This document shows positions 37,798 to 49,860 of a DNA stretch of 64,000 nt, piece by piece. Source of the DNA: the human T2T-CHM13v2.0 reference genome, Homo sapiens. Numbering within the stretch: position 1 is the stretch's first letter; every line of letters starts with the position of its first letter. The notes under the pieces are model-generated. The model was not told the DNA's origin and searched no databases. It saw nothing but the letters and a program-made list of their open reading frames with translations. A program made the translations under genes and the position numbers. Location of the stretch: NCBI GenBank assembly GCA_009914755.4, contig CP068257.2, positions 37,440,001-37,504,000 on the forward strand, given 5' to 3'.

Positions 37798-40700
37798 TAA
37801 TCTTCTGTGTCTGTGTGGCAAGCCATGAACTCCTTCTCAGAAGAATGTTTTTAAATGCATTAAATAAAGCATGAGGTGGGGAGAGTTCCAAAGGAAGCCA
37901 GTGATACTAAAACATACAGAATTATCAAACAGTGTTTATGCTTCTGTTATAAGAATAGATGGGCTACTTTCACATATTAAACAGCAAGAGCTAGCAGCAA
38001 GTCTAGTGAACTGGGCACTTGGAAGCAGTGATGAGCATAGCAGTATCTCTGGATAGCTGTAACACTGTGTGCAGGTATCTGGGGTTTCTGTCGTGACCAC
38101 GTGGCAGGAGCTGCTGCCACTGCTGTCTGATGCTCGCCCCACAGTGGAAGGAGATGCTAAATTCCGTTACGCATTAGAGGTCAGTGAAAAGGAAGATGCA
38201 GTTTGTTCCCGTCCAGGCACAAGGACTCTTGAATTTGTCCATAGTTAAGAACGGCTCATCCAGGAGCAGAGCGAGAGGCCGGGCTGCGCGTCCTCATCTC
38301 CTCTCCCAGCCTTCGCATCCTCCTGGCTGCCTCGCGTTTCCTCCACGGGCCTGGCTGAACGCACACACAGGCCTGGGGGAGACTGCAGAGACACATCTTC
38401 AGCCACATCTTCTGTAAAACAGTCACTATGGGATGACGGTGACTGGACAGTGGCTCCGTGCAGTCGGTGTCTTTTGCAAAGTTTTCCACCGTGTGCATCC
38501 TCTGCAGCCAACTCCAGCTGAGGGAGAACGGACCCTCGGTGAGTTGGGGCTGCACAGCAGGTATGGCCTGCTGCCTTCACCCCACACCTGCTATCAAATG
38601 AATCAGCCCCCTTTCCCTACAACCCCAAGAAAAGCCTCAGGACCCATCAGGGGAAGAAGAAGCTGCCCATATAGAGAGAGGGAAGGGATACTGCTCCTCA
38701 TTCCCCACACGGCATAGCCCAGGTGTAGAAAGTGGCCAACATCCATTTAGGAAGCCCCGTTTCCCTAGCTGGGAGGGGCCCTGTCCTGGGGAGGAGGCCA
38801 GTGGAAAGGACAAAACCATTTTGGAAGGAGCCAAGAGTAATAAAAATGGCAGGTTACCTGCCTTAGTTTAAACTGAATAAGCAAAGCCACGATCTCATCT
38901 GAGTCCCGTACAAGGCACACCACTCATAAGCTAACTTTTCTCAGCTTCTCTTTACAGGCCGTTGGCGAGTGGGCCCTCCAACCGTGGGCCACAGCTCGTG
39001 AATCTGTTTGTTGGGGAGTCATGTTCAAACCCAAAGAACAAGGCAAACCCTACCCCCAAGGAACCCAGATAACTCCTTATTTCCCCTTTTTATTCTTAAA
39101 AAGTACTTCTCCCAGGTTCCGGCGGAGTGCTGTTCTCATTTTAGAAGGCTGGCTAACTGTGGGTGCAAGTCATTTCTCAAAGCAGTGTCTGTTCTTTTCT
39201 TTAATGGAATTGTTTTGTTCATTTGTTTCACTTCCTCTTTGGGGTTCCCAAGGAACATGAGTTCCTTTTTTCCTGGTATTAGAAGTGCGTCAGTTCAAGT
39301 ATGAGTACATGAAAAGTGAAGAATAAGAGGCTGGCTCCATTAGGTGATGACATGTACCTGCTATGAGATTTGGGAAGCCATGGCCTGTCATTGTTGCTCC
39401 CGCATTATTGTCCAGCTTGTCCCCAGAATGAGAGCCAGTCTCTAAAGACATGCCCATGAGCCGGGCAGCACATAACAGAGACAGGGAAGAGGTCGCTTGG
39501 GGTCTTTGTCACCTGGAAGAAATCCCAAGGCTTATCCTAAGGACATGGAAAGCTGAAGAACAGAAAGTCACTAGTCAATGGCAGGAGGAGGGCATCCAAG
39601 TCCCCATCAGCCTAGAACGCAGCCGACTGACAAGAGGTCAGTGCCACCATCATAGTCCTATGCTTTCTCTGCCCCCGGTAGGACTTCGAACTTTCTGAAG
39701 GCTTTGGGTGTGAATGATGGATCCTCCCTATGAAGAGGACCACATCTGATGTAGTAGTTTACAACATCTCAACATGATTCAAAAATAGATCAGCAAGAAC
39801 ATATTTAGCAAAAAAAAAAAAAAAAAATGCAAGTCATCAGATGCAAATGATGACATAGAATTCTTCCCAGGCCTAGATATGCAAACAGAAGCAGTGCAAG
39901 GGCCGTGTACACAATGACAGTGTGGGTGCAGATAAGACAGTAATTTCCCGGAGAGCTTTGGTTGATGGAATTCCACACTCCATGACCACACAGCCTACGA
40001 GGGAGTAGATCACAATCTCACCCAGAACCACAAATGAGCCTCCTGGTGTCAGTTACCTTCTTTTTCAAGAATGACGCCAAGCTCTAATCCCTCCTCACTG
40101 AGTCTTTATGAGCTTAAAGTAACTGCATTTTAAAATCTGTCACATTTGGACATTTTCCCAAAACCCTTGCTCTCTGTTGGACGAGGCACGTTTCATGTTG
40201 ACTATTCCCATGTCCCCTGGTTCTTCTTTTCAATCCAAAAGCTGGGAACTTTCTACTTTGACCACCAGAGCTTCTCTGGCAGGCGATTTTCCACTGCTAT
40301 TTTCCTTGCTGTCCTTCTCTTTAAAAACCAATAGCATATGAATTCAGGATGCGGGGATATCTTGTGCGATGCAGTAACAGGCAGAGTGAGGGGCAGCAGT
40401 GGGCTAGCAAAGAGGTGAAGGGTGAAGGAAGGCCTGGGAGCCAGGCAGACCCACCCCTTCCTGAGTGTTTCCTCTGTTTTCTCATCTGGGCTGCTGAGAT
40501 TAAGGAGATAAATGCATATAAAGCACTGACCGTGCTTTCTGGCCCAGGGCAGGACTCTAACCATTGGTTGTGCCCATGCTGAGGACTAACCTTGGCCCGG
40601 GAAAAGGCTGGAGGAGGCCCACCCAAAAGCAGATGCTTCCCAAGGCCCGGTCACTGCACGAGAGCCAAAAGCACACATCAGATGGGACAGTATGCAATCG

Positions 40701-43700
40701 GAGGGGACCTGCTCTCCTGGAAAAGCCACCCTGAAAGCTTTCATTGGCCAGATCTGAAGGTGTTGAGGTTTGAGCCAACTGCAAAGAGGTAACCGCAGAC
40801 CTTGGTTGCCAGAGAAGTCACTGTCTTTTCCAAGCAGTAGAACCACATTCGAATCCCTTGGAGCTTGTCAAGAGCCCTCAAAATCTTACTCTATGCAGAG
40901 ACCGCCAACAAAAATGTGTCCCCTCAAATTATGGCACAAACTTCAGAGGGGAGGTAATTTAATGCACAGAACCACCCACCAGGGAAGGACAGTGGATAAA
41001 ATGAGAGGTTCAAGAGACACACGGTGAAAAGTGCCCACAGAGAAATTGTGACATTGAATAATATTAAATTGCAAAGGATTTGAAGCCCAGATAAACACCA
41101 TGAGCTAATATCAGCCAAGGAAAGTATGATTCAGTCAATGGAAATAGGCAAACAGTTCAATTAATGTTTATAAACAGGCCTTTTCATCCTTTCCCCCAGA
41201 GGAAGAAACTTGAGGGGTGTGTGGCCCACAAGGTGAGGAGACAGCGGCTGACTTGAAGTCTTTGGGCTCCTCTCCAGGCTTCTGGCAAGCAGAGACCATG
41301 CCAGGGGGTCCAGAGAGGTCCAACCAGCAGCAAAGCTCACCCAGGTCTCACCAGCCAGGGTACGGGTCACCTACTGCTTCTGATGTGACAGCTGAAGCTC
41401 CCAGATACTTCTTTTTTGACACAGCCTTCACCTACTGTTCTTTGAAAGTGAACTTTTGTTTTCAGATTCTTGAAAATCTGGAAGAGAATCCCACCACAAA
41501 AGCCACTCATCCCTCCAGGTAACAGGCGTTCCACCTGGAGGGGGCAGCGGAGAGACGGGTGTGTCCAGAAAGCCCCAGGGCCCATAGCTGCAGCACAGAA
41601 ACCATGGAGGAGGGAGTGGGAGAGGGTGCACAGGAGCCCGTGGGCAGACCTCAGGCTGCACGTGCAAGGCCAAGGGGGTGAGTCCCACCCAGGGTAAGTC
41701 CCAGGTGGTGCTGGGAGCCCGTGCCCTCCGAGCCTGTTTACAAGCCATGGGCTGCACCCACCTTCCCCGTGGAGGCCCTGGACTGTGAAAAAGAATTGCT
41801 TAAAAGTCAGGATAAGTATTGGCCTGAGGATGTCATGCTCCAAGCAGAACAGGGACCCACTGTCATAGATCAGTTCATCCCCTCCCTGCAGCAGTTAGAA
41901 AAGGGGGCACTGATGCCATCGTGTCAAACACCAAGATAACTGAAGTCTGCCAAGGTGGGTCCTTTCTCCCACTTCCTAACTTCAGCCTCTTCCTCCCCAC
42001 GGCCTCCCTGCCCTGGGCCTGCGTAGGGCCTTCCTGCTGACTGCCTCCCTCCCGTCGCCTCTGTGCTGCCTCCCCGACGCCCAGGCCTGTCCCACTTCCC
42101 AAGGCCTCTCTAGAATCTGTTTCCTCTGCCTGTATCTTTCAACTCAAAGTTCATCAGATCAGTTTATTCCTCCATTGAGGCCAGAGCTCCTGCTGCCTTT
42201 GAAAGCCACATGTGCTTTTTCAGAAGATGACCTTTGGCAAAAAAACAATTTGTTCCTTTTCCTTTGGCCTTAACAAGATATCAGGGAAGTGAGAAACACA
42301 GTCGGGCAATGAAGTGGAAGTAAACGTTGAGGGGAACTATGCAAGACTTAGAAGGCTCACACCATAAGCAGTGAACGTGACAGGGCGCTTTCCTCCCTGG
42401 CAACAGTGGCCTGGTCCTGCCTATGGGCTGCATGCCTTTGAGGGCAGGAAGCTATGTCCCCTGGTGGCGGTGGTGGTCCCCAGTCCACACACGACACACA
42501 TCGCAACGGCCACCATTAGACACTTGTTCCAAAGCAAAGTCAGCCCCTCCACAAAGACAGCCCCCTCCGATGATGCTCTTCTTCTGCAGAGTAAGGAGGC
42601 CTCACAACACAGAGATTGCTGTGTGATTTCTCCAACCACAGCCTGCAGGTCACTGTCAGCATTTCAAAGTGTCCACGAAGGAATCACCTTCATTGAAAAA
42701 CGAAACCAATAAAACCTGCTTTCTACCCTTGGTGCCCTCCCTTGCAGAGCCCTTCCCGTTAACGAGCGCTCCTGCAATCACAGCGTCTCATTTGCATCTG
42801 TTTTTCATCAGAGGCAGAAGTGTCAGCCCTTTTCCACTGGGGCCAGCAGGTCACTTTGCCTGGGAACAGAGCCGTCAGGGACACCCAGCAATCTTTCCTC
42901 CTAATTACAGTGTCTGCGCTAACCACTCCAGGATGGTCCCTGCATAACTGGGGTGAAAATCTAATATAACACTGTCTGGAGATCTTCCACATTCACCTAA
43001 GCCGGGGTGCAGGAATTAAAGTGTCTCTGACATTATGCTCCCGTCCCATCTCCTGCACACTGATTTGCAAAGTGAAAATGATCCTCAGTACAAAACCTGT
43101 CTCCATCTGCAACCTGCGAGAAACATCAAAAGAGGCAGGGCGACAGCCTGAAGGTTCCCCGAAGTCCTGCGGAGGAAAAGGAGAGCTTCTCAGGGAGAGG
43201 CAGCCAGGCGGCCAGCACAGGCACAGCGTGGCGTAGAATTTTTAAGTCCCTCTTTGGCGCGTCTTCTCTACAAAGCCTAACTCTCAATCCGTGTTATAAC
43301 ATCCTCACATTACTGTTCCCACCTTGGGTTCTCAGAAGTCTGTCAATGCTGGTACATGATGGAGACTAGAGTCTCTGATTAGAGGCCAACGCAGCACACA
43401 TTTGCCCCAAATTGTCCTTGGGGTTTCCAGCAGCAGCCCCTGCATAATGATGCTTGGTGTAAACTGACCCAGCCCCACACAGGAAGGCTTTGTGTGTCAG
43501 TTACCCCTAGGAAAAGGACAGGGTCAAAAGTCATCCCAAGAGGAAATCTGGCCCCAGCACCCAAGGCCTCCTCTCTCTGTCTCCAGGAAACTCTCGTCTA
43601 ACAAATCAGATATTAGCACCATGAACCCTGAGTGCCACTTAACCTCTGAACTTATCAAACAACACCAGCAAACAGCCATTTACTCCTAGGTTACCCAAGG

Positions 43701-44284
43701 GTATCTAAAAGAGAAAAAAGGAATGAAGGAACAGCTTTTTAGGATCTTGGTGGACATTTTATGGGCATATTTACTTGTTGTTGGCGTCTTTACAGCTTTT
43801 CCCTAAAGACTATCATTATGGTAACAGATGGCTTCATCTTTAACTGCTCAGTAAATAAAAGGGCTTTAAATTTTTTTTATTAATCTCTTTTAGGTTTCAT
43901 CTCAATTATCTTAGGGGAAAAAAGGTCTCTATTGCATTGACTAGGTCTTCTTAAACAGATTAATTGGCTATGATAAATTTTTCAAAGTTAGACTCAAAAT
44001 TCACAGAACATGTAATCCTAGCCAGAGCAATTGGTGGCTTTCTGGAAAGGGACCTGCCTGACTTTCTCAGAGGCTCTCAGAATTTGCCATTACACTTTTT
44101 TGCTTTTATAGGGAGGGGAAGTGACAAGTCTTCTACCACCTGCAAAGAACTGCTTTCCTTGGTAACCTGGGGATGCGTCCGCCCCTCGGTGGATCCATCG
44201 GAAGGAAGTGCCCTGTCTCAGTGTGCAGGATGATGCAGAATTCTTTTGCCTGCCTAGAGCACCTAGCAAGGGCCAGGCTTTCCC

Positions 44285-44446
44285 TCTTTCATTCTTTTCT
44301 TCATTAATGCATCCAGCAAGATTTATTGAGGGCTTATCTTTGCCAAGCACTGTGCTAGGTGCTCTGAATACAGTAGTGGCCTTCACAAAGTCCCTGCCCT
44401 CATGGAGCTCACATGCTACTGACACAGACCAAATAATACATAAATA
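44285..44446 (-). mobile_element. MIR-family SINE fragment (MIR/MIR3-like)
   Basis: 'gcaagatttattgagggcttatctttgccaagcactgtgctaggtgctctgaatacag...aagtccctgccctcatggagctcacatgct' resembles the reverse-complemented MIR-family 5' region 'atttattgagcacctactatgtgccaggcactgtgctaggc...cagtccctgccctcaaggagcttaca'. Confidence 0.45.
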
Positions 44447-45336
44447 CAGGGGTCTCCACCCACTGGGCCACAGCCTGGTACTGGTCTGTGGCCTGTTAGG
44501 AACAGGGCCACACAGGAGGAGGTGAGCAGCAGGTAAGCGAGCACTACTGCATAAGCTCCACCTCCTGTCAGATCAGCAGCACACGATTCTCATAGGAGCG
44601 CAAACTCCATTGTGAACTGTGCAGGCGAGGGATCTAGTTGCATGCTCCTTATGAGAATCTAATGCCTGATGATCTGAGATGGAGCTGAGGTAGTGATGCT
44701 AGTGCTGGGGAGCAGCTGCACATACAGACTTTTGTTAGCCAAGAGGTTTGACTGCACAGAGACCATAATAAGTCAACTGCTTTCAGACTCATAACAAAAC
44801 CCTCTCAGTGAGTGGCAAGACACAATTAAGCTGCAGGCTTCATGGTGGCAAGTGAGCTTCAGTTGTACAGCTGCATCAAGTGGCAATAAAGGTAGGTCTG
44901 AGACAACTTCCCATCTCCATACATTCTGGATTAAAGTCAAGGCAGAATATCCTGCGGTTGCCAGAAAAGCACTGGAAAGCCTGCTTCCATTTCCAACATC
45001 CTATCTTTGTGAAGCAGGGTTTTCTGCAGTGACAGCAACCAAAACGAGATCACAAAGTAGACTGGACATAAGCACCACACTTCAGGTGTTACTGTCTCCA
45101 TCACCCCCAGATGGAACCAGCTAGTTGCAGGAAAACGAGCTCAGGGATCCCACTAATTCTACATTATGGTGAGTTGTATAATTGTTTTATTATATATATT
45201 ACAATGTAATAATAATAGAAATAAAGGGCATAAGAAATGGAATGCACTTGAATCATCCCAAAACCATCCCCCACGCCGTGGAAAAACTGTCTTCCATGAA
45301 ACCACCCTCTGGTGCCAAGAAGGTTGGGGACCACTG
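44447..45336 (+). mobile_element. hAT-superfamily DNA transposon (890 bp) with a perfect 8-bp target-site duplication and an internal transposase-derived remnant
   Basis: The termini 'caggggtctccaccc...' and '...ggttggggaccactg' are inverted repeats. The flanking 8-mers 'cataaata' (44439-44446) and 'cataaata' (45337-44) are identical. The internal ORF 44852-45124 encodes '...LLPFPTSYLCEAGFSAVTATKTRSQSRLDISTTLQVLLSPSPP', which resembles the hAT C-terminal dimerisation (hATC) motif '...YLCE.GFS.l..iKtK.RnrL...LR.aLS.i.P'. The ends are collinear with the 443-bp copy at 33811-34253. Confidence 0.75.
44852..45124 (+). pseudogene. Remnant of a hAT transposase C-terminal (hATC) domain inside the transposon. 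It is not a functional gene.
   Basis: The 90-aa ORF 'MSFSCTAASSGNKGRSETTSHLHTFWIKVKAEYPAVARKALESLLPFPTSYLCEAGFSAVTATKTRSQSRLDISTTLQVLLSPSPPDGTS' has a short, isolated frame within TIR-bounded DNA. The similarity is judged from memory of hATC-domain proteins and should be confirmed by an HMM search. Confidence 0.5.
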
Positions 45337-46815
45337 CATAAATACACCTGGAATATCACATCAGGTAGGGAAGAAAAATAATGCCATGAAAGGAGACAGA
45401 TAGAGTCCTGGGCAGGTTGAGGGTCAGCAAAGAAACCTTTCTGAGGACCCTGAATTTGAGCAGAGACCTGAATGAAGCGAGGGAGGAAGCCAAATAAATA
45501 TCTGGGAAGATTTTTCTAGACCAAGGAAACAGCAGTCCTGACCAGGAAATAAGGTTGTTGCATTAAAGGAGCATCCAATAAAGGTTAAAGAAACAAGGTA
45601 GCAGGTGGTGAGAAATGAAGCTGAGAAGATAAGGCCAGGTCACGTAGTTTTTGCCAGCCATTCTCAGGAAATTGGATTTGATCTTTTTTTAATGAAGTTT
45701 TCCCTCTGTCTTCCCTCTTTACTACAATGCACTTAAGTGTGGTTTTCCTCATATCTATCTTGCTTGGGGTTCAGAGTCTTTTTGGAATAAGTAGTTTAAA
45801 GCCTGTCATCTGTTTGGGAAAATTTTTCATTATTATCTCTTCAGATATTACCACTCTCTCATTTTCTCCCTTCTTCTCCTTGTTAGACCTTTTACTTTGC
45901 ATCCTTATGTCTCTTGCTCTTTTCTGATTTCCTCACTTTGTGCTTATTCTAGATATTTTTCTTATTCCAGTTCACTTTCTCCTCAGCTGTGTCTAATCTG
46001 TATTAAACCTTGGGGTCTGAATTCGATATTTTTTTTCATTTCTAAAATTTTCTTTTGATTCTGTTTTATACTTTCTAGTTCTCTGCCAAAATCCCCAATT
46101 TGTATTTATTTCCTTGACCATATTAAGCATGGTTATTTTAAATCCACAAATTTAGATATATGTCTCTCTCTCAACACTGTCTTGTCTCCTCATGCACCAG
46201 GTTATTTTGGTTGCATGCCAGACAATGTACATGAAATACATGGAGATATGGAAGAATGTTACCTTTTTCCAGACAGAAATTACAGTTACTTATGTCTGGA
46301 ATCTATGGGCCCTAACAATCCCTAACCTCCTTAATCCAATCTGGGGTTGAACCAATTCAAACCTGGCTTAATTTATTGCAAATGCCAGACTATTTTAGAT
46401 CAATTTTTACTCCTAGGCTGTACCCTTACGTGGTTTTCCCAACACAAATACTGAGATAGTTGTGGGGGAGGGGACTCTGGGTCTCAAGTTCCTTGCAGAC
46501 CCTGAATGCCCATGTCTGTTCTCCTATCCCTGTTGTCTATCAACAGCTCTATTAGCTTCTCACTCTCTCAGGCACCTCTTCTGGAAAAAGGATACCTAGG
46601 GGAAAGTGGTCACAATGCTGGCTCACCTTTCTGTATTTTATTTCTCTCCCAGATCTTGTCCCTAAAATTATTGACTGCCTTGTGAACTGTCCAGTGCCTT
46701 CAGATATTTTTAATATTTTCTTCTTTTCTAGCTATTCTCAGGAAAAGGATTGGCTTTTATTGTATGTGTGCAGAAAAAATTGCTCGCAAAAATTACCCAA
46801 ATTCTCCACCCCTCC

Positions 46816-46820
<5 letters not shown>

Positions 46821-46864
<44 letters not shown>
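46821..46864. repeat. Perfect (CA)22 microsatellite
   Basis: 44 nt of uninterrupted 'ca' read directly. Confidence 0.97.
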
Positions 46865-46865
<1 letters not shown>

Positions 46866-47106
46866 TATTTATTGCTGGGGCTCAGAGGACAATACCCCAA
46901 AGTATCGTGCTTTGATATGCTGAGCACATCTTAATTAAAGGAAATTGGAAAGCCTCAAAAGCTACCGCAGAACCATAGACTTTCTAACCTTCTCTTGTTT
47001 CTCTCCACAATTGTCCCCTCCCCACAACAACCAAATGCAGAGAGGGGCTCTCTCTGGAATCTTCTTATGATTGAGGAAACTTCTTGCTAAAAGAAATTCA
47101 ATTGTC

Positions 47107-47403
<297 letters not shown>

Positions 47404-48673
47404 TCAATTGTCTTAAACTCCCTCCCTAGGAATCTTATTGAACAACGAAGAAAGATTAACCCCTAGAGAAGAGACTCAAAGTCTCCACATCCAGACAGAC
47501 TTTCCATCTATTCTTCTAAGGGCAGCTCTGAGAGATTACCTGAGGGACTGTACGTACATAACAAGGCGGCCTTTGCTCACACTTCAGTTCCCTCCCTTAA
47601 TTTCCTATAACTTGTCCCCAAGCTGCTGTTTGTCCTTTGGTCCCATTCAGCATCCTAAGAAAATAATTTACAAACCATTGTCTGGTCTTCAGGCCCATTC
47701 ATGCACCCTAAAATCACTGACTACCCTCTAAAATTGCCTGCAGCTCCTCACTTCCCTCCCTGCTATGATGAGGGTATCAAAGCTTCAACCATCCAGCCTT
47801 TCGTTGGTCCTCATATTTTGTATGGCTCCCATGCTTAGGCATGTTAATAAATATGCCTGCCTTTCCTCCTGTTAATCTGTTATTAGTTCATATCAGTGAA
47901 TCGTCAAAGGGCAGAGGAAAAGCTTCCCTCTTCAACACTACATTATAAATTGTAAACATGTTCTGTTTTAATAATATAATATATACCCCATAAAATGTAC
48001 AATGTGCACATTATTAAATGACAGAAGGATGGGGAATGAGTTAATATAAATAAAATGTTTAATGGTTTCTGTACCTCCACACTCTGAAGACCTCTGGTCT
48101 GGGAACACTTGGGGGGCTGGAGCACTAACTATTGTGGGGCAGGTGGACTGGGCTAGAGGTGATAAGAAGTGTTAATTCAGAATGTATTTTGAAGGTAGAA
48201 TTCAAAAGGTTTGCTGATGAATTGGATGTTGGTATAAAAGCAAGAGAGGAGTCAAGGATGAATCCTATGTTTCTGGCCATTGCCTGAGATGGGAAGGATC
48301 AGGCTGCACTGGGGATCACGAGTCTATGGTCCACACTGGCACGTTACAGACCCTGAAATCCAAGTCAGTAGCAGGTTTTCCCCCCAAAGATCCCTTCCAT
48401 TCCAGGGATGGAGCTTCCCAGGGACACAGCAGAGGACACGTGTCCCTCAAGAGGGCAGGATTGTTTGTCAAGGAAAAAAATAACTTCTCTCCCACTGAAA
48501 TTGAACTCATAAGAAAGTTGTGTAATTTTAAATTCCAGCTCTTCCATAAACATTCCTCAAACTCTTCCCACCACTTCCAAACTGTGCTAGCAACAGCTTT
48601 AGTGCATCTGGACGTTTCCCAATCTGGGCTCTTCAGAGTATCCAGTGTACGAGTTAATACCTATCCTGTGGCA

Positions 48674-49113
48674 GAGGAGGAGGAGAAGAAAGAAGGAGAA
48701 GGAGAAGCTGGAAAGTGAGGAAGAAGGAAGAAAAGGAAAAAGAAAGAAAGATGGAAAGAAGGAAGGAAGGAGGGAAGGAAGGAAGGAGAAAGAAAGAAAG
48801 AAAGAGAAAAGAAAGAAAGAGGGAGGGAAAGAAAGAAAGGAAGGAAGGAAAAGAAAAGAAAAGAAAGAGAGAGAGAAAGGGAGGAAGGGAGGAAGGAAGG
48901 AAGGAGAAGAAGTGAGAGGAAAGGAGAAGAAGGAAGACAGGAAAGGAGGAATAGAGAAACAGAAAGAAGGAGGAAAAGGAGGAGGAGAGAAAGACGGAGC
49001 AGAAGAGAGAAAGATAGGAAAAAGAAGAAGGGGAAGAAGAGAATGAAAGAGAAGAAGTCTAAGAGGAAGGGGAGGAAGGGAGGGCAGAAGAAGGGAAGAT
49101 GGAGGAGCAGGAG
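48674..49113. repeat. Long polypurine (GGAA)n/(GAAA)n/(GGAGAA)n tract, ~440 bp, with purines on the + strand and only occasional pyrimidine interruptions
   Basis: 'ggaggaggagaagaaagaaggagaaggagaagctggaaagtgaggaagaaggaagaaaaggaaaaagaaagaaagatggaaagaaggaaggaaggagggaaggaaggaaggagaaagaaagaaagaaagagaaaagaaagaaagagggagggaaagaaagaaaggaaggaaggaaaag...'. This is the source of the long K/E/R-rich + strand ORFs and the S/L/F-rich − strand ORFs. Confidence 0.95.
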
Positions 49114-49509
49114 GATTCTCATGACCAAGTTTGGAAAATGCTGCAATAAACAACATGCACATGATGAACATCTTTCCTTACTGTGGGACTCCTCAGAGCC
49201 TTTAATATGCTATTGCACAATATGACTCTCTAACCAGGATGCAGAGTACGTAGCCATTCCCTGACTTATTGGCTCTGAATGCTTATTAATAGCTCATGAG
49301 TAATTTTGTTCTGCTGAACAATTCAGGAGACATTGCTGTAGACCCCAGGTCAACAACTATAGCCCAAAGGCTAACGTCAGCCTGCCATTTGTTTTTGTAT
49401 TGCCAGAAAGCTAAGGATACTTGCAACATTTTTAAATGGTTGGAAAAATTTAAAAAGAAAAACAAAACTTCATGACAGATGAAAATTATATAAAGTTCAG
49501 ATTTCAGTG

Positions 49510-49860
49510 TCCCTTTATTTTTATTGGAATACCGTCTTCGTCAGCTCAGGCTAATATAACAGAATACCATCAGCTGGGTGACTTAAACAACAAATATTTA
49601 TTTCTTACAGTTCTAGAGGTTGGAAATTTGAGTCTAGGGTGCCAGCATGGCTGGGGTTCTGGTGAGGGCTCACTTCCTGGTTTGCAGGTGGCTGCCTTCT
49701 TGCTGTGACGAAAAGGAGAGCTCTGGTCTCTTCATCTTCTTACAAAGTCACTAATCCCACCATGGGGGGCTCCACCCGCATGATCTCATCTAAACCTAAT
49801 TACCTCTCAAAGGGCTTCAATACATGGATTTGAGGGAGACACACTGAGTCCACAGCAACA
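49510..49860 (+). repeat. Ancient interspersed repeat copy, same family as 2045-2330
   Basis: 'catcagctgggtgacttaaacaacaaatatttatttcttacagttctagaggttggaaatttgagtctagggtgccagcatggctggggttctggtgagggctcacttcctggtttgcag' parallels '...gtggcttacaacaacacaaatggattatcttgcagttctggaggccag...aaaattgaggtgtcagcagggctggttccttctggaag'. Confidence 0.4.

Noticed and set aside
45700-46700. T-rich, low-complexity stretch reminiscent of antisense L1 ORF sequence
   Set aside because: I could not align it convincingly to the L1 consensus from memory. It is left unannotated pending RepeatMasker.
48599-49171. Long ORFs (up to 190 aa) on both strands encoding K/E/R/G-rich or S/L/F/P-rich peptides
   Set aside because: They are translations of the ~440-bp (GGAA/GAAA)n polypurine tract. 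They have low complexity, no start context and no homology. They are not genes.
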